Of a stretch of DNA of 29,082 nt, positions 6,256 through 15,077 are shown piece by piece. The notes under the pieces are model-generated. The model did not search any database. It saw nothing but the letters and a program-made list of their open reading frames with translations, and was not told the origin of the DNA. This DNA comes from a virus. Taxonomy: Duplodnaviria > Caudoviricetes. Position 1 is the first letter of the stretch, and each line of letters begins with the position of its first letter. Where the stretch lies: positions 1-29,082 of the IMG/VR virus record IMGVR_UViG_3300030207_002206. The stretch is one strand, 5' to 3'. The translations under genes were made by a program, and so were the position numbers.

Positions 6256-8890
6256 CGATTAAACCTCTAATAAAAAACTGTATGCTTCTGTAAACAAAAG
6301 TCCAACCTGTTTTTAGTGTTCTTCTTTTACCTGTACCAAATGCAACGTAATCTTTAAATTCTTGATAGTGGTTTTTAGCTTTACCTTCTTCAATAGCCTT
6401 TTGACCATAGTATCTGTAACCTCTTCTTATAGCCTCACCCCACCAAGTTCTGTGTAAATTTTTAACACACCAACGAACAGCTTCTCTTTTTGTATCTTTT
6501 GTAAATGCACCAGAGTTAACAGCATGAGTTGCAATTACACAGCCACTGCCGCCTCCGCCGCCTCCTCCGCCGTTTCCGCCGCCGCTACTCACACTTGGTG
6601 GTCCATAATTTGGCAGTGAAGGTGCTGGTTTTGATGGTGCAGGATCTCTAAATGCTTGAAATTGTGAAGTCGTTACACCTTGTGAAGTTTTAGCAGGAGC
6701 GCTTGGTGCAGGGTCAGGATCTCTGTCTCTACCACCATCGTCTTGAGGTGGACTAGGTGGTTCGTAAGTTTGAATTTCATCAAAATCAAAATCATCTTCT
6801 AATGGAGTTATAGTTTGTTGTTCTCTTGTTTTTTCTTGTACTTTTTCATCAATGGCTTGTCCTAAAAATCGATCCGGTGTAGGAATTTGTCCTGTTTCTT
6901 CTATGTATTCATTTTCAAGTTCTCTTTCTCTGTTAAAGATATCTTGTCTGTCTTGAGCTGTAAAATCAGAGTCTGTAAGTTCTGTTGTTGTCGGTTGTGG
7001 TCCTACAAAACTAACGTCATCATCAAAAGTATCTGCATCAAAAGTTCCTATTCGATCTGTTGCTATTGGTGTTGTATCAACTGGTGTAGTATCAAAAAGA
7101 TCTAAATCAACATCGTCTACCATTCTGTTTATTGTATCGTCAGCTAAAGTCATTGGCGCAGGTGGTTCTACCATGCCTAAGATAGGATCTCTGTATATTT
7201 TTTCTCCTGTAATAATTTCTTGGTATTTAACCTGCTCCTCTGGTGTTATATTTCCTGCTACACCTGAAATATTATTTGCAATATCTGAAATTGCATTACC
7301 AACAGTTTGGTCACCAGCAGCTGCCTGAACAGTTTGATAAGCTATAGAAGAAAGAGTCCCAGTTACTGGATCTAGTCCCATAGTTTTAGTTGCATCAAAA
7401 GCACTAAGTCTTTTATACTCATCATCTGTAATTTCACCCCTTTGAGCTGCTGCTTTTAATTTATCTGTGTTATCAAAATGAAGTTGTCTATTATTTGGAT
7501 TAAGTGCATCAATAGATGTGCCTGTATTTGAAAGTGCTGCCTCTGCATCATCAAATTTTTCTATTGGAGGTTTACCTAAAACTGTCCCTGGTTTCGTGAC
7601 ACCTGTTACTGGTGTTGTGTCAAACTCTCCAACTCCTGTGTCTATATCTGCAAAAGGATTAACTCCTGTTGTGGTTGGTGTGTCTTTAAAATCACGTTCA
7701 GCATCAGCTATTGTTTGTCTCATCTGTGCTTCGCTTTTTCTTTTATCCTCTGCAGCCGTAATACCCAATACATCTGCTTCTTTCTTTTTAGCATCTTCAA
7801 GATCAACTAATCTTTGAACTAAATCAGTTTGTGCATCAAGTTTTTCAGTATTAAAAGTGCCTGCTTTAATACCTGCTATATCTGTAGCACTTAAATTATA
7901 TTTATCTTTTAATGTATTTTCTATTGTATCAATTCTATCTTGATATGCTTCTTGTAATCCAAATGTAGGGTCTAAAGGATTACCTGATACAGGGTTGTAA
8001 CCTTTCATCAAACCACTTTGTATAGTTCCATCTTTAACATCGTATAGTTCTTCTAATTTTGTTTGTCTTGGGTCTCTTTCTGGTAATAATCCTTTAGCTG
8101 TCTCAAATATTAAACTTACAGGGCCACCTACCTTTTGATTAATAGCAGCTGATGCCAAAGTTTTACCTACGTTTATTTTTTTACCAAATATATCTACTGT
8201 TTGATTTACTGCATCTATGATGGCTCCTGGTATTTTACCTAATTCTGTTAACGCACCTTCAACAGTTTGTCCTGCTTGACCTAATATATTTTGAATTGTA
8301 CCTTGTTGCTCTGGTGTAAAATCTATTTTTTCTTGTAACATTGGATCATCAGTTGCAAATACATCTCCTGAAGGTAATGTCGTTGTAGCTGTTGTAGGTC
8401 TAACTAGACTCGCGCCTCCCGCTGCTCCTGAAGCTAAGAAAGGATCAGATAAAGTTCCTGTATAAGCAGCATCTGATGTCATAGCTTGTTTAACAGTTTG
8501 TGTTTGTCCAGTCACTGGATCAGTAACCATTTGTGTTAAAGGAGTATCAACATTTGTTACTCCTCCACCTGTTGTAGGTGTAGTGATTGGTGTAGTGATT
8601 GGTGTAGTGATTGGTGTAGTTGCCTGACCCCCGCCACCTGTTCCTCCACCACCTGTTGCTGGTGGTACTACGGCTGGTGTTTCTGGTAACATAGGTAATC
8701 CACCAGAAAAGTATTGTAAAAGATCTGAGTAAGAAGATTGCAATGTAGGATCGTATCTTAGACCTGGCTGTAAATCGCCTAATAATAAAGGACTAGTATC
8801 TGTTGTTCTTTTAATACCAGATATATCAATACCTTCATCTAAGATATCAGGATCTGTTACTACAAATGATTTAAAATCTTCACTGGACAT
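6248..8890 (-). CDS. Large acidic, low-complexity putative internal virion/ejection protein with a C-terminal CFI-box-like domain
   Basis: 880 aa, T/D/P/G-rich. A poly-Gly linker is followed by CVIATHAV... and a basic, aromatic tail. Coupled to the upstream gene by a TAATG overlap. Confidence 0.6.
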   Translation of the reverse strand: MSSEDFKSFVVTDPDILDEGIDISGIKRTTDTSPLLLGDLQPGLRYDPTLQSSYSDLLQYFSGGLPMLPETPAVVPPATGGGGTGGGGQATTPITTPITTPITTPTTGGGVTNVDTPLTQMVTDPVTGQTQTVKQAMTSDAAYTGTLSDPFLASGAAGGASLVRPTTATTTLPSGDVFATDDPMLQEKIDFTPEQQGTIQNILGQAGQTVEGALTELGKIPGAIIDAVNQTVDIFGKKINVGKTLASAAINQKVGGPVSLIFETAKGLLPERDPRQTKLEELYDVKDGTIQSGLMKGYNPVSGNPLDPTFGLQEAYQDRIDTIENTLKDKYNLSATDIAGIKAGTFNTEKLDAQTDLVQRLVDLEDAKKKEADVLGITAAEDKRKSEAQMRQTIADAERDFKDTPTTTGVNPFADIDTGVGEFDTTPVTGVTKPGTVLGKPPIEKFDDAEAALSNTGTSIDALNPNNRQLHFDNTDKLKAAAQRGEITDDEYKRLSAFDATKTMGLDPVTGTLSSIAYQTVQAAAGDQTVGNAISDIANNISGVAGNITPEEQVKYQEIITGEKIYRDPILGMVEPPAPMTLADDTINRMVDDVDLDLFDTTPVDTTPIATDRIGTFDADTFDDDVSFVGPQPTTTELTDSDFTAQDRQDIFNRERELENEYIEETGQIPTPDRFLGQAIDEKVQEKTREQQTITPLEDDFDFDEIQTYEPPSPPQDDGGRDRDPDPAPSAPAKTSQGVTTSQFQAFRDPAPSKPAPSLPNYGPPSVSSGGGNGGGGGGGGSGCVIATHAVNSGAFTKDTKREAVRWCVKNLHRTWWGEAIRRGYRYYGQKAIEEGKAKNHYQEFKDYVAFGTGKRRTLKTGWTFVYRSIQFFIRGLIDG
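8577..8620. repeat. 12-bp tandem repeat (GGTGTAGTGATT, about 3.7 copies) encoding TTPI repeats
   Basis: Read directly in the sequence; the protein shows TTPITTPITTPITTPTT. Confidence 0.95.
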
Positions 8891-11130
8891 TATGCCATTC
8901 CTCTCTGTCTTAATCTTATAGCTTGTTCTTCAGGGCCTAACAAAGCTTGCTCTGTTGGTGTTAATCCTTGATTTAAAGTTGCAATACCTGTTGGAGCCCG
9001 ACTAACTAATGTAGGGTTTACACTAGGTGTTGTTAAGCTAGGTGTAGGTAACGTGGGTTGAGTTGCTAGTTGTCTATCTTCTTCCGTAAGTCCAATATCA
9101 TCACCTATACTAAAAGGTTCATTAAAAATAAATGATTGTGGCTCTAATTTTTTTTGTTCACCTTTTGGCATAGTGCTTTTCATATTTTCTAAATAATCGT
9201 CTGCTTCATCCTCAGAAATTATGTTATTACTGACCATTGCTCCTATTATTTGAGACGCATTTGTGTAAGCTTCTTTACTACCTGGATTTAATTGAAATCC
9301 TTTTCTTAAAAGATTAACTATTCTTGGATTGGTTAACATTCTAGCTATACCGATCGGCCCTAAAAGAACTATGCCCGCCTCTGTAGTAAGATTTCCTTGT
9401 AGTAAACCAAAAGCCATACCTGCTTGAGTTAATTGAATAAATATAGCACCAGGTATACCTTCACCAACAGACTTTTGTTGAGCAACTTGTAAACCCTCTA
9501 ATAAATTATCTAATCTTCTAATTTCTCTTGGTTCAAAAATTTGATTTAAAACACTTCTTCCAAATTTTCCAAATTCTTTTTGTATATAATTAGCATCTAT
9601 TTTTTTTTTAGTTAATTGAGATCTATTTACAATGTCTCCTATCATTGTGCCTTTTATAGAATCAATTAATTCTCCTCTAATTTCTTTATCTTTTGTTTCT
9701 TTTAAAATATCCATTAAAGTTTTTATAGTAGTGGGTCTGTTAGGTTTAATTAAAGTTTGATAAACTTCTTCAGGTGCTTTTTCAGCTAAATTTCTTATAA
9801 TTTTTTTATTATATTTTTCCACACCTTGTTTATAAAATGTTTGTGCTTCATCATATAATTTTCTTAGATTTGTTGGAACAGAATCAATTGTTTTATCAAT
9901 ATCATTAGTTATGCTTTTAACCATTTTACCTGCATTGTAAGCACTTTTTCCCTTTATAGCGTCTGTAAATGATCTTGAAACTCCTAATAGTTCTGATCTA
10001 ACATTGTTTGCTGTAGAAAAAGAAACAGTGTTATCTAATTCTTTAACTGTTAATAATACATCTCTAGCTCCAGGCGCAAGCCTTGCTGTGGGTTTTGTTT
10101 CTTGTAATAATTTTTCAGCAAGTTTTTTTGATTCAGTAACATCAACAGATATAGGCACTCTTACTTTTTTTCCATCTATTGTTTTTTCAACAGTTGCAGC
10201 TTCAGCTAACTTATCATATCTTTTTTTTGCATTAACTCTAAAATAATCTAAAGAATTTTGTATTGCGTCTAGTGCTAATTCTCCTGCGTCTTCTCTTGTT
10301 GTTACATTAGAAAAATTATCTACAAAACCTTTTAGTTCATTTGTCAACGCTGTTTCAGCACCTTTTCTAGCTCTTATAATTTTACCTCCAGCAAATAAAG
10401 CTTTTTCACTAATATTTTCTACTATGTCAATTGCTCTATTTTCACTTCCTAATCCAGGTGTAATTTGACCTTCTCTAATAATTCTATCCGTTTTAGATAA
10501 ACCCACTGGTTGTTTTACAAAATCTTTAAAAGAACCTTTAAAACCTTTTTTCTGTGCTTCTTCAAAAGCCGTTTTTGTTTTTCCTTCTTTTATTGTTCTT
10601 AAAAGCCTATCCGCTTTTCTACCTTCATCTGTATACTCAACTCCTTTTAAACGTATTCTTTTAATTATTGCAGGAATAGCTGCTCCAATGCTTTCTGCAG
10701 TGGCACCTGTTGCAAAACCCCTTAATACTTCTTTTGCAACACTTTCTCTTGGATCAAATACTTGTGATATACCTGCTGCAGCTCCTTCACCAACACCTGC
10801 TCCTAGTGATCTGTATAATAAAGCCAAAGCTGGACGTAAAGCTGCTTGCGCAGCAAAAAAAGTGCCTCCTGTAGCTGCACCAGCGACACCACCTAATATT
10901 TCTAAAGCCAATCTTCTAAAGCCGGGAGATGCTAAATATTCCTCTATTGCCTCTGTTCTTTCATTACCCTCTGGAATTTCTATGTCATCAACTATACCCG
11001 GTAAACTTTTTCTTTCAGCTCTTTCTCTTTTTTGATTTACAAGAGCTGCAATTTTTCTAGACTCTTCAGGAGTTGGTGTTTCTCCAGCAATTCTAACCTT
11101 ACCTAAATTTCTGACAGTTATAACAGCCAT
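8890..11130 (-). CDS. Putative internal virion (DNA ejection/transfer) protein
   Basis: 746 aa, largely helical, with Gly/Ala hydrophobic segments (ILGGVAGAATGGTFFAA; GAGVGEGAAAG). It lies downstream of the tail nozzle gene, as in podovirus ejection modules. Confidence 0.6.
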   Translation of the reverse strand: MAVITVRNLGKVRIAGETPTPEESRKIAALVNQKRERAERKSLPGIVDDIEIPEGNERTEAIEEYLASPGFRRLALEILGGVAGAATGGTFFAAQAALRPALALLYRSLGAGVGEGAAAGISQVFDPRESVAKEVLRGFATGATAESIGAAIPAIIKRIRLKGVEYTDEGRKADRLLRTIKEGKTKTAFEEAQKKGFKGSFKDFVKQPVGLSKTDRIIREGQITPGLGSENRAIDIVENISEKALFAGGKIIRARKGAETALTNELKGFVDNFSNVTTREDAGELALDAIQNSLDYFRVNAKKRYDKLAEAATVEKTIDGKKVRVPISVDVTESKKLAEKLLQETKPTARLAPGARDVLLTVKELDNTVSFSTANNVRSELLGVSRSFTDAIKGKSAYNAGKMVKSITNDIDKTIDSVPTNLRKLYDEAQTFYKQGVEKYNKKIIRNLAEKAPEEVYQTLIKPNRPTTIKTLMDILKETKDKEIRGELIDSIKGTMIGDIVNRSQLTKKKIDANYIQKEFGKFGRSVLNQIFEPREIRRLDNLLEGLQVAQQKSVGEGIPGAIFIQLTQAGMAFGLLQGNLTTEAGIVLLGPIGIARMLTNPRIVNLLRKGFQLNPGSKEAYTNASQIIGAMVSNNIISEDEADDYLENMKSTMPKGEQKKLEPQSFIFNEPFSIGDDIGLTEEDRQLATQPTLPTPSLTTPSVNPTLVSRAPTGIATLNQGLTPTEQALLGPEEQAIRLRQRGMA

Positions 11131-11131
11131 A

Positions 11132-12130
11132 CTACCCTCCAGTTACATCGTAGATACCATCTTCACCTATTTCTAGTGAAGAACCTTCTCCGCTTTTATA
11201 ATAATCTGTTGTATTATAGTCCCCTCTATCTCCAGCTTTCATAAATTCTTCAATATCGCCACCATAGTTACTAGCAGCATCAGCTAAATATCTTCTTAAA
11301 CTATCTAATTTTGCTTCAAAAACTACCTCTGTGTCATCTAATTGTGGTATTAAAGCTTGAATTCTTTTAGCCTCTTCTGTAGATACCGCTGCTCCAGATA
11401 TAGCCTGAGTTAAAAAAGTTGTAGTATTTTTTATGTCTTGTACCAATCTAGCATAATCTTGACCTTTTTTAGATCCAGACAATCTGCCAACCTGACCTTT
11501 TATTCTATCTATGTCAAAACCAAATCCAGCAAAACCTCCAACAGGTTTTCCTAATCTAGTATACCTTTCATTTATATTATTTAATAAACCTATAGTGCTT
11601 TTTAATTCTGATCTTTTTTTAACTGAAGCAGCATCTGGTTTGTTAAACTTATATTCTCCATCTGGTTTTTGTTGTACAATTGTGCCTTCAGGTAAATCAG
11701 GAAATTGACTTTTAACTTCTTCTTTACTTAAAGTTCTAACTTGACCTTTTGCTTGATTTTTTAATCTTTGTAACTCTAGTTGAAGTGCAGTAGATACAGC
11801 GCCTTGGCCTCTCTTAGCTAGCTGCGCTCTTCTTATATCATCTGCTTTAGTAAACTGTGCAAGAGGATCTCTTAATGCATCTGTAAGAGACATACCCGAT
11901 GCTATGTTTAAACCAAACTGACCTATAGGTAATCTTGTTTTAGGCACAGGTGATAACTCGTTTAATAAACTTTGAATAGCTGTAGCACTTCCTCTTAATC
12001 TTTCTTTGTTAATACCGCTTAAATCTATCCCACCATTTTCGTAATTAGTTCTATCCGTAATACCAGACATGATACCAGTGTTAGTTGAACCACCTCTTCT
12101 AAACATGGGTCTTTTTAATATTCTACTCAT
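11132..12130 (-). CDS. Putative internal virion/ejection protein
   Basis: 332 aa. Basic N-terminus MSRILKRPMFRRGG, helical body, SGAAVSTEEAKR segment. Translationally coupled to its neighbours. Confidence 0.55.
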   Translation of the reverse strand: MSRILKRPMFRRGGSTNTGIMSGITDRTNYENGGIDLSGINKERLRGSATAIQSLLNELSPVPKTRLPIGQFGLNIASGMSLTDALRDPLAQFTKADDIRRAQLAKRGQGAVSTALQLELQRLKNQAKGQVRTLSKEEVKSQFPDLPEGTIVQQKPDGEYKFNKPDAASVKKRSELKSTIGLLNNINERYTRLGKPVGGFAGFGFDIDRIKGQVGRLSGSKKGQDYARLVQDIKNTTTFLTQAISGAAVSTEEAKRIQALIPQLDDTEVVFEAKLDSLRRYLADAASNYGGDIEEFMKAGDRGDYNTTDYYKSGEGSSLEIGEDGIYDVTGG

Positions 12131-13317
12131 TATCTTGACCTCGGAAATAGTCTACCATATATATCAGCCCCTGCTAAACCTAAACCTAATGCTGTAGCTA
12201 AAGGGCTAGCACTTGGTGCTGTGGCTGCCTCTGGAGATACTTGAACTGTTCCTGCACCTGGTGTTAAACCTACAATACCTTGACCAAATCTAGCTAATCT
12301 ATCTCTTGGATCTTGAACCGCCATTTGTGCTGCTTGTCTCGCTGCATCTAACTCTGCTTGTCTTTGCGCCTGTTGACCTGCACCTAGTGTGCCAAGACCA
12401 GATATCTGTGTTCTAGCAAAATCTTGTGCAGATCCTGCTAAACTTCTTTGTAAATTAGCTATACCTAATTGATTTTGTAAATCTTGTTGTCTTCTCGCCG
12501 CTGCGTTTTGAAAACCTCTTTGTCTTAAATCTGCTAACAGTCTTGCTCTATTTAAATTACTTGTTGCATCAAACTCAGCTCTTTGTACACCTTCTCTACC
12601 ACCACCAAATGCACCAGGTGTACCTAATGCTGATGCTGCTAATTGATTTCTTCTAATTTGAGCTTGTTTATCAAACTCTTCACGAGTTGCATCTATAACT
12701 TGTTGTTGAAAAGGTGAAGTGTAATCTGCTATTGTCCCTGTACCTGTTCCTGCGCCTGCACCAGTTAAACCTGTGGCCGCAGTAGCTGCAGCTGTTGCAT
12801 CAGTTAAAAAAGGTTGAAAAGAACCAAGACCTGTTGTTGGGTCTACTGCTTGTTGTAAGGCTGCTGTTTGTAAAGCATCTTGTTTTGCAACTTGTGGTGC
12901 AAGTTCTGCCATACCAGCTTTTGTGATTTGAAACTGTTGTGCTTGTGCTTGTCTTTGTGCAAATTGTTCTGCAGTCTCACCAGGTTGTTGTGTAGTTGCA
13001 GTGGTAATACTAGGTATACCTGATTGTCTTGCAAGATCAGTTAGAAATGTTTTTTGCGCTGCTTCAATAAACTCTGGTGGTAAAGTTCTTGTTTCTGTGA
13101 CACCACCTGTCTGATAACCTATTCTGCCACCATCTGCTTCTTCTATTCTAGTGATATTAGCACCTTCTCCTGTAGTAGTATCCATCATCATAGATTTAGA
13201 TGGTAAGTTTCCTTCCTCTATCATTTTAAGAATTCTAGCTAATTCTTTATCAGAGACTTGCGCCCCAGCTAAACTTTTTATCAAACTCATCAATCCTGTT
13301 TTATTTTCTTCAGCCAT
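12130..13317 (-). CDS. Ala/Gln-rich putative DNA pilot/ejection protein
   Basis: 395 aa with A/Q-rich helices, SPFQQQVID, a GAFGGGREGV motif and a C-terminal Gly-rich hydrophobic stretch LATALGLGLAG. Confidence 0.6.
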   Translation of the reverse strand: MAEENKTGLMSLIKSLAGAQVSDKELARILKMIEEGNLPSKSMMMDTTTGEGANITRIEEADGGRIGYQTGGVTETRTLPPEFIEAAQKTFLTDLARQSGIPSITTATTQQPGETAEQFAQRQAQAQQFQITKAGMAELAPQVAKQDALQTAALQQAVDPTTGLGSFQPFLTDATAAATAATGLTGAGAGTGTGTIADYTSPFQQQVIDATREEFDKQAQIRRNQLAASALGTPGAFGGGREGVQRAEFDATSNLNRARLLADLRQRGFQNAAARRQQDLQNQLGIANLQRSLAGSAQDFARTQISGLGTLGAGQQAQRQAELDAARQAAQMAVQDPRDRLARFGQGIVGLTPGAGTVQVSPEAATAPSASPLATALGLGLAGADIYGRLFPRSR

Positions 13318-14357
13318 TATACTACTCTCTTTTCTAACCTTTTCATGGTATCATACATCTTTTGTGCTCCCTTTTCAATGCTCCCGTTGCCCGCTCCTCG
13401 AACCGCGTCGGCTGTCATTACAAATTCGTTTTTAGATAACATAGCTGGTACATCATCTGCTTTTTCCTTAATACCTACAGGCACAAAACCACCTTTGTCT
13501 CTGTAGTCTCGCTCCATGACTCCAGCTTTATTAGTCTTCATAATTCCTGTTGGAATAGCTCCTCCATCCTTAACATTATATCTAGCCACAAAAGCGTCTC
13601 TGCCAGCATCATCTAATGCAGAATATTCTTTATCAAATTTAAAATAATTATCAAAATACTGTCTCATTTGTCTTCCTACAACCTCTTTTCTTCTAGCTAA
13701 ATATTCATCATAGCTTTCTGTTTCTGGGTCGTGTTCTCTATAATCATTTACAAACTTATCGTATACTAAACTAGCAGCACTCGTTGCTCCACCCACGATT
13801 AATTGTTGTCCTACAATAGGATCTAGTTTATTTATTATGGGTATCTGTTGTCTAAGTTTTTCAATAGCACCTATACCACGAGTGGTAGTTTTAGTTCCTG
13901 TACCTGTTCCAACAGTGCCTTTTGCAACCTCTAAACCAGCTTCATCATATGTGGGACCGAGGGTTTCTTTTGGTGTAAATAAATTTTTAATAGCAGTGGT
14001 TCTACCCTCACTCAATGGAGATGAAAGTCTAAATCCACCAAGACCTTCTTGTGGTCCAGCTCCACCTATTGTTCTAAACAACTGACCACCAGCAAAAGTT
14101 CCAATACCTTGTTTTAACGCATCACTAATACTTCCTCTTTGATCAAACCTTCCTATACCTCTCATCAAACCTGCGACAGCTGGATTAAATGGTGCAACAA
14201 AAGGTGCAGCCTTAACTGCAATATTTGCTAACTCGTTTGGTATAAGTTTTCTTATTCTTCTTTTAATTCCACCAAGAAGATAGTTTTCTCTTGGGACTAC
14301 ATTTGTGATCCCACCTTTCTTACGTAACTGTCTTGGCATTTTTGCTCTATTAATCAT
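13317..14357 (-). CDS. Putative internal virion protein
   Basis: 346 aa. The C-terminal GGFVP...ADDVPAMLSKNEFVMTADAVRGAG resembles the D-x-x-PAMLS-x-x-EFV motif of phage tape-measure/internal proteins. Confidence 0.55.
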   Translation of the reverse strand: MINRAKMPRQLRKKGGITNVVPRENYLLGGIKRRIRKLIPNELANIAVKAAPFVAPFNPAVAGLMRGIGRFDQRGSISDALKQGIGTFAGGQLFRTIGGAGPQEGLGGFRLSSPLSEGRTTAIKNLFTPKETLGPTYDEAGLEVAKGTVGTGTGTKTTTRGIGAIEKLRQQIPIINKLDPIVGQQLIVGGATSAASLVYDKFVNDYREHDPETESYDEYLARRKEVVGRQMRQYFDNYFKFDKEYSALDDAGRDAFVARYNVKDGGAIPTGIMKTNKAGVMERDYRDKGGFVPVGIKEKADDVPAMLSKNEFVMTADAVRGAGNGSIEKGAQKMYDTMKRLEKRVV

Positions 14358-14371
14358 ATATGTTAAATGTT

Positions 14372-14438
14372 GTTTATACTAAAAGGCAGGCATTTCACCT
14401 GAGTTTATACTATTACTCGTTTTTTACGAGTAAATCAA
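14372..14438 (-). promoter_or_regulatory. Intergenic regulatory region with a direct repeat and hairpins
   Basis: GTTTATACTA at 14372-14381 and 14403-14412. Inverted repeat TTACTCGT/ACGAGTAA at 14413-14433. Small CAGG/CCTG hairpin at 14387-14401. Confidence 0.5.
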
Positions 14439-14440
14439 GA

Positions 14441-14782
14441 CTATGATACAACCGTTCTAGGTGTTACCTGCATGGCAGATAGTATTACGTGAAGTCTATT
14501 TGCATTGCCCGCCGTCACTTTTATTGCCTCTCCTGTTTCAACGACCAATGGGTGGGTTAATATCTCAGTAGGAGTATTAGCAGATATAGTTTTTTGATGT
14601 GCAACACTAAACAAAGTTAAATCTCCTGCATCTATTTGTATAGTTATAGTAGAACCACTGCCACTATCATCGCTAACCAGTATTGATTTTACAATAGCTG
14701 TTGTTGCCGACGGCACGGTATATAATGTTGTGACATCAGTTGTAGTCAGATCCACTTTTTTGTTTACAAAAACATTTGCCAT
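14441..14782 (-). CDS. Small beta-rich virion structural protein
   Basis: 113 aa, T/V/S-rich (TTLYTVPSATTAIVKSILV), within the virion cluster. Confidence 0.6.
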   Translation of the reverse strand: MANVFVNKKVDLTTTDVTTLYTVPSATTAIVKSILVSDDSGSGSTITIQIDAGDLTLFSVAHQKTISANTPTEILTHPLVVETGEAIKVTAGNANRLHVILSAMQVTPRTVVS

Positions 14783-14784
14783 GC

Positions 14785-14949
14785 TTATCCTAAAAAGAAA
14801 ACAATCGCATCGTTGTCTTCTGTTTTCTCCTCTTGAAAAGTAGTATTTAATTTTTCTATTAAACCATTTAAATCTCTAACCAAAGACAAAAATGAAATTT
14901 GATCATACTCTTTTGGTGGTTGTGTTAATGATTGTACTATCTTTGCCAT
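14785..14949 (-). CDS. Small hypothetical virion-associated protein (not in the ORF track)
   Basis: Manual translation: MAKIVQSLTQPPKEYDQISFLSLVRDLNGLIEKLNTTFQEEKTEDNDAIVFFLG (54 aa). TAATG coupling to the upstream ORF; ends 2 nt before the next ATG. Confidence 0.8.
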   Translation of the reverse strand: MAKIVQSLTQPPKEYDQISFLSLVRDLNGLIEKLNTTFQEEKTEDNDAIVFFLG

Positions 14950-15077
14950 TATGCTTTTTTAACTCCTTTAATTTTTTTCTTGTTTAGTGATGCGTAGAAA
15001 ACTTGTTCACCACGTTTTTTACCATATTGTTTTTTCATAGACTTCATTATTTTTTTACCTTTTTTATTTAATGGCAT
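14949..15077 (-). CDS. Very basic 42-aa peptide (not in the ORF track)
   Basis: Manual translation: MPLNKKGKKIMKSMKKQYGKKRGEQVFYASLNKKKIKGVKKA. TAATG overlaps at both ends. Confidence 0.8.
   Translation of the reverse strand: MPLNKKGKKIMKSMKKQYGKKRGEQVFYASLNKKKIKGVKKA

Noticed and set aside
6248-6541. Intein/Hint domain starting at Cys after a Gly linker
   Set aside because: It is too short and lacks the TxxH block B and terminal HN motifs; it looks helical and basic instead.
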